DNA from: Dimorphilus gyrociliatus
Lineage: Eukaryota; Animalia; Annelida
NCBI GenBank assembly: GCA_904063045.1
Contig: CAJFCJ010000020.1
Span: 1,418,916 to 1,482,915 of the forward strand
DNA: 64,000 bases
Reading direction: 5' to 3'
Under the pieces are notes generated by a model. The model ran no database searches and was not told where the DNA came from. It was given only the letters and a program-made list of their open reading frames with translations. The position numbers and the translations under genes were made by a program. Each line of letters starts with the position of its first letter. Within the stretch, counting starts at the first letter, position 1. Positions 60,241-64,000 of this stretch are shown here, in pieces.

Positions 60241-60699
60241 ATGATAGCATTGGGCGGGCGTCATTTGGCATTCGTTGTCGTTCAATTTGGCTGTCTACTA
60301 ATGGGTATTATCACTGGGGGAGTAGCTATAAACGTCCTTCAAGTGGTTTATACAGATTGGGTGATAAAAGTTTTCTCAGTTACGGATGGAAGGAAATTAG
60401 ATGAGACAACATTTCTTTCTATATCCTTAGTAATTAACATAATTGGTAGCATCATTATGATAGTACTCTCCTCTTTTGGGGCATACGCTGCAAATATTAA
60501 TCAGGGAACAATTTTAGAGATTTTTATCTTGTCCATTAATGGGCTCTTCATGCTACAGAGCACTTCAATAGTTTTTCCTTCCAGATTTTATGCTACATTT
60601 CTAGATAAGCTAGATTGTAGCATGAGATCCCACCTAAAGTCTTACTACATGCGAAAATCAGGTAGCGATTTTTCAGCAGATCTTGAGGGTTTCCCTTAA
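60241..60699 (+). CDS. Multi-pass membrane ORF resembling tetraspanin TM1-TM3 and the start of EC2; 3' end uncertain
   Basis: Three hydrophobic segments, including IIGSIIMIVLSSFGAYAA (tetraspanin TM2-like), then FLDKLDCSMRSHLKSYY. No CCG motif or TM4 was found in any splice path I tried. Confidence 0.4.
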   Translation: MIALGGRHLAFVVVQFGCLLMGIITGGVAINVLQVVYTDWVIKVFSVTDGRKLDETTFLSISLVINIIGSIIMIVLSSFGAYAANINQGTILEIFILSINGLFMLQSTSIVFPSRFYATFLDKLDCSMRSHLKSYYMRKSGSDFSADLEGFP

Positions 60700-61696
60700 T
60701 TGTTAAACGGAATTTAAGCTCCCTGGATAAAGGGCAATATGTAAGTAGAATATTATATTCTTCAATATATAGAGATGCATTACTATAAATAAATCTCTTT
60801 AGTTTAGGCCAAAATTTCCTCCTTCTTCGCGTAAATCATCAAATTGTAAAGCATATTCAAAAACTAGATATCTGAAACACTGAAATTTGACTTTATCTGA
60901 TTTGGAAGGGATGTCTTGCTACAGAAATTTATCAAAAACAGCGACGTAAACAACATCTTCTGCTATGAACCAATCCTTAGTTTAATTGGTTACTGAACTG
61001 AAACAGCTTTAGCCTGTTCGATTTTGAATGTTGTAGTCCAAGTTAAATAAACTTTGTTCATTAACATAATATACTGTATATATACTGTATATATACTGTA
61101 TATATATCACTTGCTTTCATAGATTCTGTCGTTAGTTGTTGGACTTCGATTACTTAGAATAATTCCCTTGTAAATAGATTAGAATTCTGAGATAAATGAA
61201 TCATAGATAAATGACCAAGAGAAAGAAAACGATGATAAAAATATCAAGAAATATATTGTTATAACATTATAAAAAGTAGAGAAGTAGAATTGTTACTTAC
61301 TACTTTTGCTATTTTGCTATAGTGCTTTAGTTCATTTGACTATTTTTTTTTCCTATTCGTTATTGAGTACTTAATAAATTAACTGTTTATCATAAATTTG
61401 ACTCTTTTAAAAAATGCCCGTCAAATCCTTTGTTATAAATAGACTAGTTTAGCTTAGAACAATGTAGAATTTACACTTGTTTCCATTTTCGCTATTTTTC
61501 TCCGTTAAATAATAATTTTACTTAATTAATATAAATTATATGTTTTTAATTGAATTTGTGTAATTTTCAAATTATCCATTATAGGCTTTCTAATAAATAC
61601 AAGTGTAAATAAATAATTGAGAGAATATGATATATAAGGAAGAAGAGTCAAGTGAATGAGAGAATTGAGACTGCTTTTAAGAATTAGACACCAAGA

Positions 61697-63863
61697 ATGA
61701 AATTTATCTCCACTTGTTTGTCACTATACATTTTATTCGGTTGTATAACAGCGCAAACCAACGATGATGTGATTGTATTGTCTCAGGAAGAGAGTAATTA
61801 AATAAATTTGGAAAATTCAATTTATTAACGTTATAAAATTTGCCTTAAAATATCTCGTTTAGGTGAAGAGACGTCTTTCTTTAGTACAAATGACACGCTA
61901 ATGATTGAAATGGACATGAGGTTGACCAAACAACAGTGGGAACGTATGGAAGAAAGTGGAAAGTAATAAAAATTTAGAATCGGTAAAAATCTAGGCGATA
62001 AGCTAGGCATATTTTACTATTTTACAAAGGGTAAAGAAGAGAAAAGCGCTGAGAGATGTTGCAAAATATTGGACAAACGGAGTTGTACCATACGAATTAC
62101 AACCAGGAACTTTTAGTAAGTTAAAAAACATAGTTTACATAGAAATATACATTATATATTAAAATCAGTAAATGGACATACAAAATATATATTTTGACAG
62201 CTTCGAGCGATGCGGCGCAAATTAGAGCAGCGATTGCCGACTACCATAGTCTAACTTGTATAAAATTTCGAAGAGCTAACGGCAACGATAGACGAAAAAT
62301 AAGAATAACAAGTGGACAAGGGTAAAAAAACAACATCAACAATATTTTTGTAATATATAACAATCATCTTATTATATTTTAATAGTTGCTGGTCTAATAT
62401 AGGGATGTTGAGTCGTGGTCAACAAATTTCTCTAGCGCGAGGATGTAGAAGGGTATTATTCAAAACTGAATCTAGCAGTTTAATATATACTATTATATTA
62501 ACGCACACACATATATATATTTACAATAGAAATCTACTATTCTACACGAATTCGGTCATGCTCTTGGTATGTTTCATGAACAATCAAGACCCGATAGAGA
62601 TTCATATATTACAATTAGATTTGGTGTAAGTACACCTTATAATATATTCCATATTTTACATTAAAACAATTACAATTCTATACAATATGCGTATTTAATA
62701 ACAATATCTCCTGTTGTTCTTTTGAGCAGAATGTTCTCAAATCAATGGCGTACAACTTTAACAAGCACGGTAACGATAGAATCAACACCTACAACGTTCC
62801 TTACGATTATCACTCTGTCATGCATTACGGCCAAACCGTAAGTATGAATTGGCAGTAGTATTTTAACATTAGTTGGTCAATAATACGAACTAAATTTTGG
62901 ATATTTATAGATACAACATATCAAAATAATTGAATACTTATGAATAGTTATATAGTTATACCTCTAATTTATCATTTTATATCATAAATATAAATTAAAT
63001 TATAATAATTATCCTTTTTTCGCCTCAGGCCTTTTCTATGAATGGAAAGCCTACTATCATAACTAAAGATAAATCCAAACAATATCTGATTGGAACTGCA
63101 AAGGGTCTAAGTTTTAGAGACATTAAAGTTTTAAATCTTATGTATAAATGTGGAGCTAAATGTAACTTGAAAGCAAAAGATTGTCCAGGTGAAGGCTTTG
63201 TTGGTAAAAACTGCAAATGCCTTTGTCCAGGTTCTCCAATAAAAATTTGTGGTGACACGTCCGTAAAGCCTGATAAAAAATGTAATGACATGCACGGAAG
63301 TTGTTCTTATTGGGCAGCCAAAGGACAATGTAATAAATATCCCGGTTTTATGCTTAAAAATTGTAGGAGATCATGTAAAGCGTGCGATTCAGATGGTACA
63401 GGAACAAAACGTAATGTCACAATTTGTTTTTTCTGTTTATATTAGTTAACTATTCACTTTTCCCAAACTTTTTTGTGTATACAGCAAGCCCTATTCCAAT
63501 TCCAAAATGTGTCGATATGAATAAGTATTGTCCTCATTGGGCTAGAAAAAAATATTGTTTTCATTATCGTTACAAGAAATACATGAAGGCAAACTGCAAA
63601 AAATCCTGTAGAATGTGCGTAAGAGGTAAGTTTGATAAATAGAACAATCAAATATATATATATAAAGTCTTTCGGAATAATTGACATGAAATTAATGTAA
63701 TACAGCAAATGTGAACAGTTCCGGAAAGAAACCACAAAAAAAGATTTGCACAGATTTGTCAACCTATTGTTCTAATTGGGCCAGAAGCAACTATTGTCAT
63801 GCAGCTGCCTATGTTTTATATATGAAGAAAAATTGCCAAAGATCATGTGGATTTTGCTCTTAA
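61697..63863 (+). CDS. Astacin (M12A) metalloprotease with a Cys-rich/EGF-like module and three C-terminal ShK domains
   Basis: Signal [19 protein letters not shown], prodomain ending [59 protein letters not shown], three ShKT units. Stop TAA at 63861-63863. Confidence 0.9.
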
Positions 63864-64000
63864 GAAGAGAAAGAGTGAGAGTAGTGCGAGTAAGAAAGAA
63901 AGAAAGAGAGAGATAAAAACTAGTATAAATGAGTAATTCTTTGCTTAAAATCAATTTCGTCTTATATTTGTTTACTATGCTTGAAAATACATAGATTTTG

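Noticed and set aside
15488-63954. The many short ORFs antisense to or out of frame with DAPK, UBAP2L, CK, the protease, TELO2 and astacin
   Set aside because: They are explained as shadows of real coding sequence and have no independent signals.
1-64000. tRNA, rRNA, spliceosomal snRNA, autonomous transposons, horizontally acquired bacterial genes
   Set aside because: None was recognisable by eye. The intronless COQ5 and near-intronless GSR have eukaryotic presequences and host-like composition. tRNAscan-SE, cmscan and RepeatModeler would be needed to exclude divergent cases.

Overview
This is AT-rich animal genomic DNA with a very compact layout: about 18 protein-coding genes in 64 kb, most introns 50-70 nt, and several gene ends under 250 bp apart. 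The gene set (mitochondrial creatine kinase, astacin-ShK, three-finger proteins, DAPK) and intron sizes suggest a miniaturised invertebrate genome, possibly annelid or other spiralian; this is inference and the species cannot be read from the sequence. Genes in order: NCOA5(-), DCTN4(+), deoxynucleoside kinase(-), DAPK1(+), GPI-anchored Ly6 protein(+), FAN1(+), a small Cys-rich type I membrane protein(+), RERG-like GTPase(-), UBAP2L(-), mitochondrial creatine kinase(+), a non-coding host gene with four intronic box C/D snoRNAs(-), LIN54(+), a secreted three-finger protein(+), a ~2740-aa ADAMTS-like protease with ~53 EGF repeats and a ShK domain(-), COQ5(+), SLC46-family MFS transporter(-), TELO2(-), GSR(+), a tetraspanin-like ORF(+) and an astacin with three ShK domains(+). 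The four most notable observations are: (1) the FAN1 stop codon overlaps the next ORF's start codon (TGATG); (2) four copies of a snoRNA that carries both a SNORD38-type and a SNORD48-type guide, aimed at two 28S sites 10 nt apart; (3) the giant protease-EGF-ShK protein, whose stalk includes a near-identical 296-bp exon+intron tandem array; (4) a likely kinase-only alternative terminal exon in DAPK. All gene models were spliced and translated by hand, and homolog comparisons come from recalled sequences, not database searches.
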